Shown piece after piece: positions 45,124 through 54,500 of a stretch of DNA of 60,489 nucleotides. Positions within the stretch are counted from its first letter, which is position 1. The number at the start of each line of letters is the position of its first letter. The position numbers were made by a program, and so were the translations under genes. This DNA comes from an uncultured Fibrobacterota bacterium (GTDB lineage: Bacteria > Fibrobacterota > Chitinivibrionia > Chitinivibrionales > CAYFVL01): contig CAYFVL010000002.1 in NCBI GenBank assembly GCA_964346405.1, positions 1-60,489 on the forward strand, read 5' to 3'. The notes beneath the pieces were generated by a model that ran no database searches, was not told where the DNA came from, and worked only from the letters and a program-made list of their open reading frames with translations.

Positions 45124-46773
45124 ATGGGCAACAGATGCAGAAATGGTGGCGGAATCGTGAACTATTTGCTGCCGAAGATGAAACGTGAACTCTCTGACCT
45201 GTTTGTCGGGCGGCGTCCGACAATCGCAGCGTTGGCCACGCGTTATGACGTCTCGTATGTCACTATGTGGCGTGCGGTGGATGCGCTTTGCAGGGAGGGC
45301 CTGCTGGAAACGTCGCGGGGAAGGGGGTTGAAGCTTGCGGGTGAAGAAAGGATCAATGCCGATTGCTTCGGGCAAAAGCTGAATTCTTCCGCGCAAAGGC
45401 TTGCGTCAAAAATTCAAGAGCAAATTGAGACGGGCATTTTGCGGGATTCGTCGCCGCTCCCCAAAAACGCGGCATTATGCGAGTTGTATCACGTATCGGC
45501 GGGTACTGCCACGGAGGCGCTGCGTTTTCTGGCGGGAAAGGGTTTTTGCCGCCGTGAGGGGCGGCAGTGGCTGGTTGGCGCCAAAAGACCGAGCATCGGG
45601 GGCGCTATCCGCGGCATGCGGCATTCGGTTCTGGTCGTGGCGCCGTATGCCATTTCCCGGTATCATTATCTCCTTCATTCTGAATGGACCGGAAGTTTTC
45701 TGGGGGAATTCTTTTCCGTGCTCGAAGAAAACGGTGTCAGAATTGTGTTGGTGCGACCCGTTCCCTATTTGGTTCCTTCCGCTCACTATAATGAAGAAGG
45801 CGTGGTAGAGACCGCCGAAGGCGTTGATTCGCTTCGAAACATTGTACGACAGTTGGGCATTTCGCTTCGTGGCGCTCTTTGTCTGCTTACGCTGCGGGAT
45901 ACCGCTCAGTTGCAAGAATGGCTTCAACTGCTCGTTTCGGATATAAAGCCTGTCATATGGTACAATTACCGAAATGATAATATTTTGCCGGAAATCCTTG
46001 AAAAAGGCGCAAAGAAGCCTCTGTTCACAGCTATTCGATACGAGCGCGGCGCCGTAGAGTCGGCGGTACAGACACTGTACGGAATGGGGCACACAAAAAT
46101 AGCCGTGCCAAATCTTCGCGGGAGCGACGCTCAATGGGTCGAAAGGCGTATTGCCCTGGCGCGCAGCGTCGCGAATGATATCGATTCCACAATTGAAATC
46201 TTTGAGTCTCCGCGGAATATGCAGTTTGATCAAGCAGGAGGAAGAGGACTTGATTCACTTGCATGTCAAGCAAAAGCGATGATGCCGCCTGTCTTTCACA
46301 ACCTTGCCGAATGCATCGCGACCAGTCGTTTGTTACCGGAGAAGGAACGAATCAATGCCCTTATCTGCCTGCCTCCCATAGTTTCCATTATCGGAAAACA
46401 TCCGATTTCCGCCTTTCTTCTACCAAATGACGCCCAGGCGTCGCTGTTCAATCGATGTGTCCGGACTTTGGGACTCTGGGCGCCAAAAGATTTTTCGGCA
46501 TTATCCTTTGACAATGCCGCCGACTGGAAGCATCTTCCGATTTCGACCGTGGATTTCGGCATGCGAAGGGCCGGCTATTGCGCTGCGCAAATCATTCTCA
46601 AACAGACGCCGGTAGCCTGCGACGAAAACCGGATACTGCGAAACGCCTGTTTTATTGCTCATCGGGATTCATTAGAACCATGGAAGGGAACCTGGCTGAA
46701 AAAGGAAACGATATTGCGTCGGGCAAAGAGTCTTCACCCGACTTCGACAATCGACTCACGGCATTCCGCCTAA
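45124..46773 (+). CDS. Double-wHTH (GntR-like) plus LacI/PBP1-type regulator (paralog 3 of 5)
   Basis: HTH segments are IAALATRYDVSYVTMWRAVDALCREGLLE and NAALCELYHVSAGTATEALRFLAGKGFC. The C-terminal signature is APKDFSALSFDN. The start may be ATG 45178 instead. The last codons derive from a MITE fragment. Confidence 0.7.
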   Translation: MGNRCRNGGGIVNYLLPKMKRELSDLFVGRRPTIAALATRYDVSYVTMWRAVDALCREGLLETSRGRGLKLAGEERINADCFGQKLNSSAQRLASKIQEQIETGILRDSSPLPKNAALCELYHVSAGTATEALRFLAGKGFCRREGRQWLVGAKRPSIGGAIRGMRHSVLVVAPYAISRYHYLLHSEWTGSFLGEFFSVLEENGVRIVLVRPVPYLVPSAHYNEEGVVETAEGVDSLRNIVRQLGISLRGALCLLTLRDTAQLQEWLQLLVSDIKPVIWYNYRNDNILPEILEKGAKKPLFTAIRYERGAVESAVQTLYGMGHTKIAVPNLRGSDAQWVERRIALARSVANDIDSTIEIFESPRNMQFDQAGGRGLDSLACQAKAMMPPVFHNLAECIATSRLLPEKERINALICLPPIVSIIGKHPISAFLLPNDAQASLFNRCVRTLGLWAPKDFSALSFDNAADWKHLPISTVDFGMRRAGYCAAQIILKQTPVACDENRILRNACFIAHRDSLEPWKGTWLKKETILRRAKSLHPTSTIDSRHSA

Positions 46774-46856
46774 GCCGGTGCGCGATTCATTGATTCCCGC
46801 TCCCCGGCTTGTTCATTCGCGTATGGACCCACACCGCTTGTACCGCAAAGCCGGGC

Positions 46857-48605
46857 CTATCGCGCAGGCTCCAGGAAAACCCTGGAACGTGCTCCGACGG
46901 TTTCTTTTCCGCGGATGTACACTCCCGGGACCAGTACGGAATTGTCGGGCAACCGTTTGCCGAGGATATTGTATACTGGTGCTTTTCCGGTTGCTTTACG
47001 TACCGATTGACTAACTCCCGGACCGCCGATTCTCGCCGAAGTGCTTCCCAGCGACAGCCTCAAAACGGCGTCGGCCCTGAAGTCAGGTACGGAAATGCTC
47101 TGCTCGCCTTCCGTATCAACCATAATTGAACTCAACGTCTCGCCGGTCTTTGGATCCATCCAGTAGCCCGTACCGACATCGGAGGGGTTTATCGTGATTG
47201 TCAAACCGGACCGCGTCGATGCATACCCCGCCCAATCGTAAAGGTAAACGGCATAGTTTCGATCTCCGGACATTGCATACCCCCGGACTTCGGAATCGGA
47301 TGTTTCTACCAGGTCGGGTACAACACGTGCCCCGGCATCAAACTCGGCTCTCCAGTCGGTGAGAATCTGGAAATACTTCATGGACAGGGTGTCCAGATGG
47401 AAATTCTTTGGCCCGTTCCCGCACCATTTCCGGTTTTCGGTGTGCCAGAATATCGGGATCACCTCGCTGAAAAACATTGTCCATATCGTTACCCGCCAGC
47501 GGTCCTCATGCCTAGCATCCGGGTATTCGTGTATAGTGTCATACGGGCAGGTTCCACCATTACCCAATTCACCATAAACTATCGGCTTATCGTGCTCTCC
47601 GTATTCGTCCAACCTGCCGCGGCCCCAACGGTCGAATTTGTCGGGGGACGTATTGATATACCCGTGAGGAGACGCAATGTCGATATAATCGAGTTCCGCC
47701 CGGGCATAACTGGTACTTATCGGTTTTGCATGTGGATCGACAGCCCTGATATGCTCGGCCATAATCTGCAGCAATGTATCCTGATACGTCTTGGACCTCA
47801 CTTCATTCCCAAGCTCCCAAATATCTGTGTACGCCCCATACCTGTTCACCACAAATGAGAGGAAATTCCTCAGTTTTTCCATATTTTCGGGCGCCTGCAC
47901 GCTATCTTTCTGCCATGGAAAGTTCATGCCGAAAATGCAGAGGTACACGGCAAAGCCCTTTTCCTTGAGCGTTTTTGCATACTGGTCGAAGATTTTGCTG
48001 TTTTCCTCGCGGTATGGGATCTTGTCTTTATCCAGTTTCTCATTCAGATGAAATGCGCAGTTATTCGCATTCAGGCGCCAGAGGTTGAATCCCGCGCTCC
48101 GCATGACATCGAGGTATTCCGCAAAAGTGAGATTCTTTTGACTGTTTACCCCCCAATTGCTACTATCGATTTCGTTGTTGCCGACACCACTATGTTCCAG
48201 ACAGTCCTGGACTCCAAGTACATAAAACGGGGCTCCTGAAGTATAGGTGAAACGGCGGGGATTGTAAGGACTGAGCCGCAAAAATCCAGGGTTCTCCGAT
48301 TCCACACAGGTAAAAGTACCCGATTCCTGGTGTTGTCCAATACTCAGGCTATACGACCATTCACCAACCTCTCGAGGGGCAAAGCGGAACATCCAGGTGT
48401 TCTCCTCATAATAGAATCCACCGAATCTGTAATCAGTACCGGAAGGAGATGTCAGGGTCACCGGCATATCCACGATCCAGGGATTTTCGTAATCTCCACT
48501 TGGATGCGAAACCGTATGTTCGAACACGCCATGCAGAGGTACATCGATTGAATAGCCCGCAAAAACCGTGATCAAAGGGATCAAGAACGCCACGATCTTC
48601 TTCAT
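46857..48605 (-). CDS. Secreted clan GH-A (GH5-like) glycoside hydrolase with an N-terminal Ig-like (DUF5060-like) module
   Basis: Signal peptide MKKIVAFLIPLITVFAGYS. The catalytic-type motif is WELGNEV. The N-terminal module is VPLHGVFEHTV...YRFGGFYYEENTWMFRFAPREVGEWSY. Confidence 0.55.
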   Translation of the reverse strand: MKKIVAFLIPLITVFAGYSIDVPLHGVFEHTVSHPSGDYENPWIVDMPVTLTSPSGTDYRFGGFYYEENTWMFRFAPREVGEWSYSLSIGQHQESGTFTCVESENPGFLRLSPYNPRRFTYTSGAPFYVLGVQDCLEHSGVGNNEIDSSNWGVNSQKNLTFAEYLDVMRSAGFNLWRLNANNCAFHLNEKLDKDKIPYREENSKIFDQYAKTLKEKGFAVYLCIFGMNFPWQKDSVQAPENMEKLRNFLSFVVNRYGAYTDIWELGNEVRSKTYQDTLLQIMAEHIRAVDPHAKPISTSYARAELDYIDIASPHGYINTSPDKFDRWGRGRLDEYGEHDKPIVYGELGNGGTCPYDTIHEYPDARHEDRWRVTIWTMFFSEVIPIFWHTENRKWCGNGPKNFHLDTLSMKYFQILTDWRAEFDAGARVVPDLVETSDSEVRGYAMSGDRNYAVYLYDWAGYASTRSGLTITINPSDVGTGYWMDPKTGETLSSIMVDTEGEQSISVPDFRADAVLRLSLGSTSARIGGPGVSQSVRKATGKAPVYNILGKRLPDNSVLVPGVYIRGKETVGARSRVFLEPAR

Positions 48606-48649
48606 CTGTTTTTTCCTTTAGTTAGCTCTTGGTGGTTGCTTACTTAATT

Positions 48650-48718
48650 GTGATTGTCCGAAAACTACCCGTTCATCGGGACTCGGTGTCCTTTTTCGGG
48701 GGGTTTTCGGACAGATAC
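48650..48718. mobile_element. Short (about 69 bp) MITE family 2 derivative upstream of the GH5-like gene
   Basis: It runs from GTGATTGTCCGAAAA to TTTTCGGACAGATAC, and its interior matches the outer arms of the 142-bp copies. Confidence 0.65.
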
Positions 48719-49112
48719 CTTCAATATAAATCAGTTTTTTCAATGATGCAGGAATTTGGCATTGGAATCATGAGGGTCCGTCACGGAAGATTGTGTCGGA
48801 ACCCGGAAGTTCAGGATTGGTTTACGGGTATCGGGAGTTTGTCGGGGCGATTGTGTCCTTCGCATACGCCACCCCGGAAGCCATGGATCGCGCGTCGGCT
48901 TACGCATACTTGTCGTCCACAGCTTTATGCGGCGAGAGTTGGTATTCTCACTCCCGCTCAGTTTTTCCGTAGCGAAGCGGAGGATGAGCCGGTACTCAGC
49001 CGAAAGGGGTGGAAGCGTCCAGAATACGGTGCAGCAGCCAAAAGTGACTCACTGCTGCACCATAAGCTCAGTTGCTTTCAGACTCCGACCCTGGATGCCC
49101 GCCGGTTGTACC

Positions 49113-50762
49113 TCATCGGCGGGGAGCAGCGATGAGTATCTGGTCTACAGTTGCCTTAGTGCCTGCCGTGCCGGGCATCGAATGCGATTTCAATACGCGT
49201 CCTCGAATATCGTAGAACACCAGGCCTTTCGGAAGAGTACCGGTCGGGGTGAAAGGTGACATTCTGGTCGGTCGCGACGTCTTCTGCATGAGCCGGGCGC
49301 CGACCGATGGACTGGCCGGGTTTACCGATTTGGTAGAGGGTTGGAGAAAGTCGCCGTCCGCGATTATGATTGGCGAATCGTAAATAGGAATATCCCGGAA
49401 TTCGGTCATACCGTTTTCGTATGAGTAAACACTGTCCGGGATATCGTAAATTATTCCGGTGCGCAGGTCCACATAGACCGGATTCTCGAAACGATGCTCG
49501 AAACTCGTGGTATACGGTAGTGTCGTATTGGAGTCTGCGTTATCGACCGGAGATCTTCTGAGCCATCCGGTTATCAGGTGCAGGTCGGTGTTTTTCTTTT
49601 TGTAGCCGAAGAACCTTACTCCCCCGTTGACGTTAAACCCTTCCGAATCATCTACCCAGTAATCCGGGATACGTTCGACCGTCGCATCGAAAATTGAAGC
49701 GATATTCCGGGCGGCGTAATAGGCTGGTTTCCGGTAGGCAACGGATTTGTCTTCGTTACTCTTGAGAATACCCTTGAAGTTGATCTTTTTGGGATAATGC
49801 ATATCAATGATGCCAAAAAGACTACTAACCGCATCAACGGCGCGGCAGGAGAGAAGCAATTTTGAATCGAATTTTGCTTGTTTCAATTCGCTATTGTCGG
49901 CGTCACCATGCATGCCATATCCGCCCGAAGCGGACGGCAGGCCGGTTTCGCCCTGGAACACTTCAAAAGGCCGCCCGTATTTCTCTTCAAGATTCGTGTT
50001 TATCCACTTGTAACCGGCGGGTTCGGAACTGTAAGGATGATCCGTACATCCGTCGAGCAGATGAAGTTTCCCCAGGCTCTGAAGCGTATCCGCGATCTCT
50101 ACAAATATTTCGTAGTTGAATCGTGCCATTTGAGCCCAGACTTTCGCTTCGGGCTGAATGCTTTTGATTGTTTCCGATGTTAAAATAATGAGATCCACAT
50201 AGCGTTCAAAGCCTCCGGTTCCCGCCAGTCCCAGGTGCTTGGGCTCGTTCCAGACTTCCCACTCATCGATGATGTGTCCATATCGCTCCACCATGGCGAT
50301 AAGCCAGTTTGTCCAGGCTTCCCGCGTCACCGGATCTTTGAACCAGAGTGAATCGTTTTTGCTTTCGTTGTAAACACCATTACCATACCCGGCCATCATC
50401 CACGGCTTCATCCCGATTGAATCCATGTGAAAAATGATCTCATCGAGCCATTCCCAGCTATACACCCCCTGTTCCTTTTCGGTGCGTCCCCACCCGGCCT
50501 GGAGACGGGCTCTTTTTATGCCCAAAGGCTCCAGATAGTCCTTGTATTCGGCGTACACGGTGTACTCACGATCGATGGTTTCACACCCGATCGAAAACCA
50601 CGGTGAACTGTCGATCTCGGTAGTACTCCTGGTAACCAGAGTACCGATTGGCGGGTAATGGTGAACTTGCTCCGGAGTCAGGGGATACAGTTCGACATCG
50701 GCGGCGGTCGCGATCAGCGAAAAGACAAGAATGCATTGCATCACTCTGGTTGTCGCTTTCAT
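49113..50762 (-). CDS. Secreted clan GH-A (beta/alpha)8 glycoside hydrolase with a T9SS-like tail, paralog a
   Basis: ATG 50762 follows AAAGGAG. Signal peptide MKATTRVMQCILVFSLIATAA. The acid/base-type motif is WEVWNEP and the nucleophile-type motif is FQGETGLPS. The tail contains VFYDIRGRVL. Confidence 0.6.
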   Translation of the reverse strand: MKATTRVMQCILVFSLIATAADVELYPLTPEQVHHYPPIGTLVTRSTTEIDSSPWFSIGCETIDREYTVYAEYKDYLEPLGIKRARLQAGWGRTEKEQGVYSWEWLDEIIFHMDSIGMKPWMMAGYGNGVYNESKNDSLWFKDPVTREAWTNWLIAMVERYGHIIDEWEVWNEPKHLGLAGTGGFERYVDLIILTSETIKSIQPEAKVWAQMARFNYEIFVEIADTLQSLGKLHLLDGCTDHPYSSEPAGYKWINTNLEEKYGRPFEVFQGETGLPSASGGYGMHGDADNSELKQAKFDSKLLLSCRAVDAVSSLFGIIDMHYPKKINFKGILKSNEDKSVAYRKPAYYAARNIASIFDATVERIPDYWVDDSEGFNVNGGVRFFGYKKKNTDLHLITGWLRRSPVDNADSNTTLPYTTSFEHRFENPVYVDLRTGIIYDIPDSVYSYENGMTEFRDIPIYDSPIIIADGDFLQPSTKSVNPASPSVGARLMQKTSRPTRMSPFTPTGTLPKGLVFYDIRGRVLKSHSMPGTAGTKATVDQILIAAPRR

Positions 50763-50865
50763 AAATGTTTGCTCCTTTGCTTTCAGGTTTATGTCTTTCA
50801 TCTGAATTGAGGAATCCTCTTGTGGAAATCATCATTATTTCGGGTGCTCACTGTCAACCTTTCAG

Positions 50866-52614
50866 CTATCGAAAAACATGGAAAAGGAAAGATCCGGTAC
50901 TGCTCGCCGTTTCTACTCTCAACAAATACAGTCCGCCGGCGTATTCCTGGGGGGACAAGCGCAAACGCCATGGGCTTTCCGCCTCGAAATCGGTCATGCG
51001 TTTTCCGGATATCGCGTAAATGGTAGCCCTGTGTCGGTTCTGTGAATTGAACTCGAGAACCGGGGTTTTCCCCGGTGTGTAGTGAAAAGAAAATCGAGTC
51101 CTCTTTGTCGGAGAAATTCGGTCAAAAGAAGGCGAACGTGCCCCGACGTGAGGCTGGATAATCGATCTCTCCAGAATCGTGACAGGGGAGTCGTAAATCG
51201 GGATATCCCGAAAGGTGGAGGAATCGCCCGCTTTATCTGAATCCCAGTCTTCGGCCGGTATTTCAAAGATGGCGCCGGTGCGGATATCGACATACACCGG
51301 ATCGGTAAAGGTACACTCCTTAAAAGTCAATGTTAGTTCCCGAGGTACGATTTCCTCTTTAGGGATTTCATAATTGAACCACACGCTGACTGCCATGTTG
51401 TCGGTGCCGTTTTTCTTGAGCGGCACGATCGCCAGGTGTTGACCTTCTTCACGCCCGGCGGCCGCAAAGTCAAACCCGCTCGAGGTAACATTCACCAGAG
51501 TTTCGTCAAACAACGTGAAAAGGTGTTGCGCGGCATAGTAGGCTTGCTTTAAATGGTGCACGCTTCTGTCCGGATTCGCTTTGATCAATCCCTTGTAATT
51601 GAAATCTCTTACCTCGACAAACGTGTCCACCTCCGTATTGCGATACTTCATATCCATTATTGCGAACAGATTGGCCGGCTCTCCTCTACCCGCATATAGA
51701 AGCATTCGTCGAAGGTTCCATTTTGCCTGAGTCAGTTCGGACAACCAGTCCTTTTTCCCCAGCATACCGAATCCGCCAAATTCCGATGGGCACCCGGTTT
51801 CGCCCTGAAGACTGAGGAACTCACCGTTCAATTTGTGTCCACGAAGCAACCGATCCTTGTTTCCTCCATCGGGATTTTCGGGGTAGCCGTGGAAGGTATG
51901 GCCGTCGTAAAGATCCAGCTTCCCCTGTTCCTTTAGCTGTTTGTCTATGGTATGGTATCCGACGATTGTTGAGTTTGGCTGGATGTTTCGGATAACTTCC
52001 GCGGTTCCGATAAAAAAATCTACGTATCCTTCTTTAGGAGGCTCATTCCAGATTTCCCAGATCCGAATCCGGTCGGCATATCGTCGCACCAGTGCGTCGA
52101 CATAAGACTTCCATGCCGCCCATGCATCCTCCCGTTCCATGATTTCTTTGGGATCGGTATGTAGCTTTATACCGCCGCCGTAGACTGGATTTGCATAACA
52201 AATCGTCATCCACGGCTCGACCGACTGTGACACACACCCGTCTACGATTGTATCGAGCCATCCCCAACTGTACTCTCCCTTTATTTTTTCCGTTTTGGCC
52301 CATCCGGACTGCAGCCTGACCGCCTTTGCACCCAGTTTACCCAGATACGGTCCCCATTCGCTGAAAAGGGTGTAGTCGCGGTCCATGGTTTCACCTCCAA
52401 CCGACCACCGTCCCAGTCCCCAGCCGGTACCCGGGATTTCGGAAGAATGCTTCGGTTGTATTGAACCCGACTGCTCGTAGTCTATTTCGAGCGGCGGCAG
52501 AGTAACTACGCTGTCAACGGTAAGCGCCGAGTTCGTCGCCCAGATCACCGGCGCAAAAGTGAAAACAATGAGTTTCAGCATAAGCTGTCCGCGGGATTTC
52601 TTACCTTCTCTCAT
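50866..52614 (-). CDS. Secreted clan GH-A (beta/alpha)8 glycoside hydrolase with a T9SS tail, paralog b
   Basis: ATG 52614 follows GAGGGGG. Motifs: WEIWNEP and LQGETGCPS. Tail: GGLYLLRVETASSTGSFLFHVFR. It is collinear with 49113-50762. Confidence 0.6.
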   Translation of the reverse strand: MREGKKSRGQLMLKLIVFTFAPVIWATNSALTVDSVVTLPPLEIDYEQSGSIQPKHSSEIPGTGWGLGRWSVGGETMDRDYTLFSEWGPYLGKLGAKAVRLQSGWAKTEKIKGEYSWGWLDTIVDGCVSQSVEPWMTICYANPVYGGGIKLHTDPKEIMEREDAWAAWKSYVDALVRRYADRIRIWEIWNEPPKEGYVDFFIGTAEVIRNIQPNSTIVGYHTIDKQLKEQGKLDLYDGHTFHGYPENPDGGNKDRLLRGHKLNGEFLSLQGETGCPSEFGGFGMLGKKDWLSELTQAKWNLRRMLLYAGRGEPANLFAIMDMKYRNTEVDTFVEVRDFNYKGLIKANPDRSVHHLKQAYYAAQHLFTLFDETLVNVTSSGFDFAAAGREEGQHLAIVPLKKNGTDNMAVSVWFNYEIPKEEIVPRELTLTFKECTFTDPVYVDIRTGAIFEIPAEDWDSDKAGDSSTFRDIPIYDSPVTILERSIIQPHVGARSPSFDRISPTKRTRFSFHYTPGKTPVLEFNSQNRHRATIYAISGKRMTDFEAESPWRLRLSPQEYAGGLYLLRVETASSTGSFLFHVFR

Positions 52615-52831
52615 CTTTACCCCCTCGATTTTGAACCAGTTTCCAAACAAAACGTATGTACCGCTTCTCCGCGAAAAGCATTGTCTCTTCAATCCTGCGC
52701 CTTCGCAGACCGGTAGCGTTACTGGTGTTCAATTTACCTGGTCCGAAGTCATTTGCGGATATAATACACTTTCTTGTTTTATTTTATGTATACTTAGCTC
52801 TGGAGCGGCTTTTCCACCGGCTCATGTATTT

Positions 52832-52974
52832 AGTGCCTGTCCGAAAACCCTCGAAAACGGACGCCGAGTCCCGATTTCAATCGGGAAGGGGTCCTTTTTC
52901 GGCCCCAAACGACAGGCTCATCTTCCCGAAGTTGATTCGGGACTCGATGACCGGGTAGTTTTCGGACGGGCACT
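52832..52974. mobile_element. MITE family 2 copy (143 bp)
   Basis: TIRs are AGTGCCTGTCCGAAAA / TTTTCGGACGGGCACT. The flanking 4-bp duplication is ATTT (52828-52831 and 52975-52978). It is the reverse complement of the 23480-23621 copy with a few substitutions. Confidence 0.85.
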
Positions 52975-53037
52975 ATTTAGCCTAACCCGCATTACATCCC
53001 TCGCATACTTGTTTCGTATTGCACCTCGGGGGGAACC

Positions 53038-54486
53038 ATGATGAACGATGATTTGTCGAAAATGACTGGTGCTTCACCATTTATAGAAACCCTGGCCGAT
53101 CGCATATCCGGTGATCTGAAGAAAGCTCGTGAATTGTATGCCCCATCGCAGCTCGATTTGTCGGAACGGTATTCCGTCAGCCGATCGAGCATCCGCAGAG
53201 CGTTGAAAGTTCTGGAAAAACGGGGGATTTTGTTTCGAAGACAGGGACGTCGGACGATTATCACCGCCAATCAACGGCTACAGCCGAAAGTACCATCCAG
53301 AAAACGCGCCCTCGAGCAGGTCACGCAATACCTGCGTGAGCAGGTAGTTTCGGGAAAAATCAGATCAAAAGAGGCGTTTCCCAAAATAGAGGCGCTTTCT
53401 CGACAACTCGGGACGTCTTCGGTCACCATTTGTCGAGCGTTGACAGAGCTTTCCAACGAAGAATTGATTCATAAAGCCGGTAAGTCCTGGATTGCGGGAC
53501 CGTCCCCCTCTGAAGCCACCGAGGATCTGTATTCCGTATTCATTGTACTTCAACAGAAACCCCATAGCTGGCTCAACATGAACAATTCACGAACCGGTGG
53601 ATTTGTGAGTGCGTTTACGCATGAGGCACAGATACACAAAACAATCGTGCAGTCGGTTGTCGCCGATGAACGGTTTTCGTATTTTGGATGGTTTCCCGCC
53701 GGAAGAGGCGCGATCGAGCGACTGCGGGAGACGTATGGTACTCGATTGCGGGGTGCTTTGATTGCCGGATCTACAAAAGAGATTGCAGACCTCGACAATT
53801 GGATCGGATATCTTGTTGAAAGAGTTGACCGAGTAGTCTGGTTCGACAGGTATGGTGAACAGAAGAAAACGGTCGAGTGTCAAAATTTGATGCATTGTCG
53901 CCTGAATGAGCGTCCTGCTCTCCGAATCGCCCTGGATTACCTGAAATCCCGCAACCACTCTGAAGTTGTGTATCTGGATTTTTTCAATGAGTCCTGGTCG
54001 GTGGAGCGAGGACGGCTTCTGGCCGGGCAGGCCGCAAAAATGGGAATACGCCTCCATCGAGTCGATAACGAGAATGCCCTTTCTCCCGACGAGGCAAAAA
54101 ACTACTTTCGTGATACGGTCGCGCGAGCACGCGGCACAATGGCGCCCGAGCCTGACTATGAGGTCAATCGCATTCGGATAGCGATAACGGGGCTGCGGTT
54201 GGGTGCAACGGCAATTCTTGCCGCCAATGATGACGTAGCCCGGCGAGTGTATTCGTTGTTCATGAATCGCGGTATACGGATACCCGATCGAATATCACTG
54301 CTTTCCTTTGACAACAGCCAGATGGTATTCCCATTCGATTCCGTGGATTTCGGGTTCGACAACCTGGGATATTCCGCCTTCCATTCCCTGCTTGGGGATA
54401 TTCCAATGCGATCACGGAATCGGTTAATCGAGACTCGTCCATGGATTGCACAACGCGCCAGTACCGCGATTATCCGAAAAAGCTGA
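53038..54486 (+). CDS. Double-wHTH (GntR-like) plus LacI/PBP1-type regulator (paralog 4 of 5)
   Basis: HTH segments are QLDLSERYSVSRSSIRRALKVLEKRGILF and KIEALSRQLGTSSVTICRALTELSNEELI. The C-terminal signature is IPDRISLLSFDN. Confidence 0.75.
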   Translation: MMNDDLSKMTGASPFIETLADRISGDLKKARELYAPSQLDLSERYSVSRSSIRRALKVLEKRGILFRRQGRRTIITANQRLQPKVPSRKRALEQVTQYLREQVVSGKIRSKEAFPKIEALSRQLGTSSVTICRALTELSNEELIHKAGKSWIAGPSPSEATEDLYSVFIVLQQKPHSWLNMNNSRTGGFVSAFTHEAQIHKTIVQSVVADERFSYFGWFPAGRGAIERLRETYGTRLRGALIAGSTKEIADLDNWIGYLVERVDRVVWFDRYGEQKKTVECQNLMHCRLNERPALRIALDYLKSRNHSEVVYLDFFNESWSVERGRLLAGQAAKMGIRLHRVDNENALSPDEAKNYFRDTVARARGTMAPEPDYEVNRIRIAITGLRLGATAILAANDDVARRVYSLFMNRGIRIPDRISLLSFDNSQMVFPFDSVDFGFDNLGYSAFHSLLGDIPMRSRNRLIETRPWIAQRASTAIIRKS

Positions 54487-54500
54487 ATGCGGAGTTTGTG

